Assembly (NCBI GenBank): GCA_965243395.1
Contig: CBDEUS010000001.1
Coordinates: 160,001-224,000 of the forward strand
Source: Gammaproteobacteria bacterium
GTDB taxonomy: Bacteria > Pseudomonadota > Gammaproteobacteria > UBA4575
DNA: 64,000 nucleotides
Reading direction: 5' to 3'
Part shown: in pieces, positions 62,014 to 64,000 of the stretch
Position numbering within the stretch: position 1 is the stretch's first letter
Layout: every line of letters begins with the position of its first letter
Translations under genes and position numbers: made by a program
The notes under the pieces: generated by a model
The model's input: the letters and a program-made list of their open reading frames with translations, nothing else
Databases searched by the model: none
What the model was told of the DNA's origin: nothing

Positions 62014-64000
62014 TTAGTTTATGTCTTCTCTTACGATACTTTTATATTTTCTCAAAATATTTCTTTTTTGCGCTTCATTTTTCCCCAAGTCTAGAACTTT
62101 ATAAACATGCATGAGATAGCCTGCATAAACAAAATTATGATCATGTTTAGGAATATTAATTAAATATGGATCATTTATAGAGGGCGATGTTTGATATACC
62201 TGTTCATAGAATTTAATTAATTGTGAAGTATTAAACCATTTTTCTTGCTGAGCATTTCTTTGCCGATGTGCTATCGGCGCTTGATATTCAATAACAGGAT
62301 GATCATCAACATTGATTGGATAGTGTTCGAATATATTTTGTGAGATAGACAGGTTGCCAATGTAATATTGAAGTAATCGATCAGTTGTTAAAGGATATGG
62401 CCCCTCAGCAATTGTAGTGCTGTCCGTTTCAGTAAAAGAGTTATCTTTAATTTGTGAAATTCTTTTTCTAACAGATTGAAGATTAATTTTCGCTTGACCT
62501 GTATGGCCAACGAGTAGTGCGATAGGTTTGGTTGGGTGAAATTTTCCACGCCACAATGTAACTTGTGGAAATACTTGCAGCATTGTTTTTGCGATTATTG
62601 CAAATTCATTTTCAGATAATTGAAATAATGGCAGCCACTGCGCATAAAATCCGTTTTCATTTAGACGTAGCTTCGCAGTTTCATAATGTTCCTGTGTATA
62701 TAAGCTACCTGTCCCGGCTTTATAAGGTACAAATAAATCTGCGATAATCACATCATATCTTTCATCTGTACCGAGCAGATAATTTCGACCGTCTTCTGCA
62801 AAAATGGATACTCGTTTATCTTGAAATAGATTGTTTAAGTATCCTGTGAAGTATTTATTTGAAGCTTCAATTACATCCGGGATTAATTCAGTTACTACTA
62901 CGCTTTCAACCGGGTGACGTAAAGCAGCACCAGCGGTGATACCTGTACCCATTCCAAGGAAATATACAGATTTTGGGTTTTCATGCATAAGCAAAGGTAG
63001 GTGTGCTTGTCGTTCTTCATGATTACGAGCATCAGTTCCGCCTAAGCTATAAAAATTATTAACTTTTATGCGTAGAGAATTTATGCGTTTGACTACACTA
63101 ACTGTTGCGGCACTTCCATCAAACACTTCAACTAATTCCACAGGTACATTGTTCACAGTACGTAATGTAACGAGAGGAAGTTCTGAGTAATTTGTAATTA
63201 GAATTAAAACAAGCGCGATAGCTTGAAATAGAATAGTTTTGAATAGCTTAATATTGCTTATTAAGACTATAACTATAGTAACAATTAAGTAAATAGCTGA
63301 AAAAAGTTTAACACTTGTCCATAAGCCAAAGATTTCTAAAAATATAAATCCAGCAACAATTGATCCTACAACAGCACCGATGGTGTTAATGGAGGCGATA
63401 TTGCCAATAATTTGTCCGCTAGCAAGCGGCTGTGATTCACATACTTTTATCAGATATGGAAATACTATTCCAAGGAGAATAATCGGAATGAAAGTAACGC
63501 TAGCAATGAGTATGAATACACTTAAAGTATATTCTATCCAACTTTGATTGGAACCAAAGTAACTTAAATTGTCGGTAGCAAATATAAATAAGTATGGTGT
63601 TGCAACCACTAATAAACTAGAAATAGTAATAACTAAAAAAATAGCAGTCGTATGTTGCTTTACTCGTGCTAGTAGAGCCCTGGCGATTATGCTGCCTATT
63701 GAAAGTGAAATTAAAAATACAATTAAAATAGTCGAGAATGTATATACGGAATTATGCAGAACCTGAGCGAACATTCGTGTCCAAAGCACCTGCATGCCCA
63801 ACGTTACAACGCCTGAAATAAATGCAAGTGTTAATATCGATTTATTTGAAAGCTTAATTCTCACAGCCTCGGGACTGTCGCTCTCGCTCTGTATTTCTGC
63901 CTTAGTTGATGAGTCTTTGGGTTTAAAAAAATAATCGTATAGAAACGCAAACAACCCAACCATTAAGGTGATTGCTACCGCTGAAAGATAAGAGTATGTA
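62014..64000 (-). CDS. Fused multi-TM / spermidine-synthase-like SAM-binding protein (5' end beyond the window)
   Basis: TM block (QVLWTRMF, NTIGAVVGS) plus LGMGTGIT, TELIP, EDGRNYL, DVIIADLF, QWLP; frame stays open upstream of 63963 to the window end. Confidence 0.8.
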   Translation of the reverse strand, partial: TYSYLSAVAITLMVGLFAFLYDYFFKPKDSSTKAEIQSESDSPEAVRIKLSNKSILTLAFISGVVTLGMQVLWTRMFAQVLHNSVYTFSTILIVFLISLSIGSIIARALLARVKQHTTAIFLVITISSLLVVATPYLFIFATDNLSYFGSNQSWIEYTLSVFILIASVTFIPIILLGIVFPYLIKVCESQPLASGQIIGNIASINTIGAVVGSIVAGFIFLEIFGLWTSVKLFSAIYLIVTIVIVLISNIKLFKTILFQAIALVLILITNYSELPLVTLRTVNNVPVELVEVFDGSAATVSVVKRINSLRIKVNNFYSLGGTDARNHEERQAHLPLLMHENPKSVYFLGMGTGITAGAALRHPVESVVVTELIPDVIEASNKYFTGYLNNLFQDKRVSIFAEDGRNYLLGTDERYDVIIADLFVPYKAGTGSLYTQEHYETAKLRLNENGFYAQWLPLFQLSENEFAIIAKTMLQVFPQVTLWRGKFHPTKPIALLVGHTGQAKINLQSVRKRISQIKDNSFTETDSTTIAEGPYPLTTDRLLQYYIGNLSISQNIFEHYPINVDDHPVIEYQAPIAHRQRNAQQEKWFNTSQLIKFYEQVYQTSPSINDPYLINIPKHDHNFVYAGYLMHVYKVLDLGKNEAQKRNILRKYKSIVREDIN

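Overview
AT-rich, gene-dense chromosomal segment from a Gammaproteobacterium, inferred from gene content and synteny (glnE-ilvE, mreBCD/gatCAB, hemA-prfA-prmC, lolB-ispE-tRNA-Gln). In order it holds a Fur-boxed ferric-iron ABC transporter, glnE-ilvE, and a large LPS core/O-antigen ligation cluster (waaL-like, GT2, hldE, three Kdo/WaaP-like kinases including kdkA, an OpsX-like GT9, waaA, tolC, waaF). Next to that cluster is an unexplained radical-SAM plus Gfo/Idh/MocA gene pair, then TPP riboswitch-thiC, a protease/repair patch and bactofilin-slt. A 741-aa lipoprotein follows, with a c-type cytochrome at each end of a five-repeat Ig-like stalk. Further on are a SAM-II-like riboswitch with a long structured leader ahead of metY and a coupled hydrolase, two monohaem cytochromes, a lone membrane-anchored EHD/dynamin-like NTPase, mreBCD (mreC apparently starts at ATA), gatCAB, a stand-alone BLUF protein, the hemA and lolB-ispE operons, and tRNA-Gln followed by accessory genes. 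No CRISPR array, integrase or transposase was seen. All assignments come from motif recognition by eye; no database searches were run.
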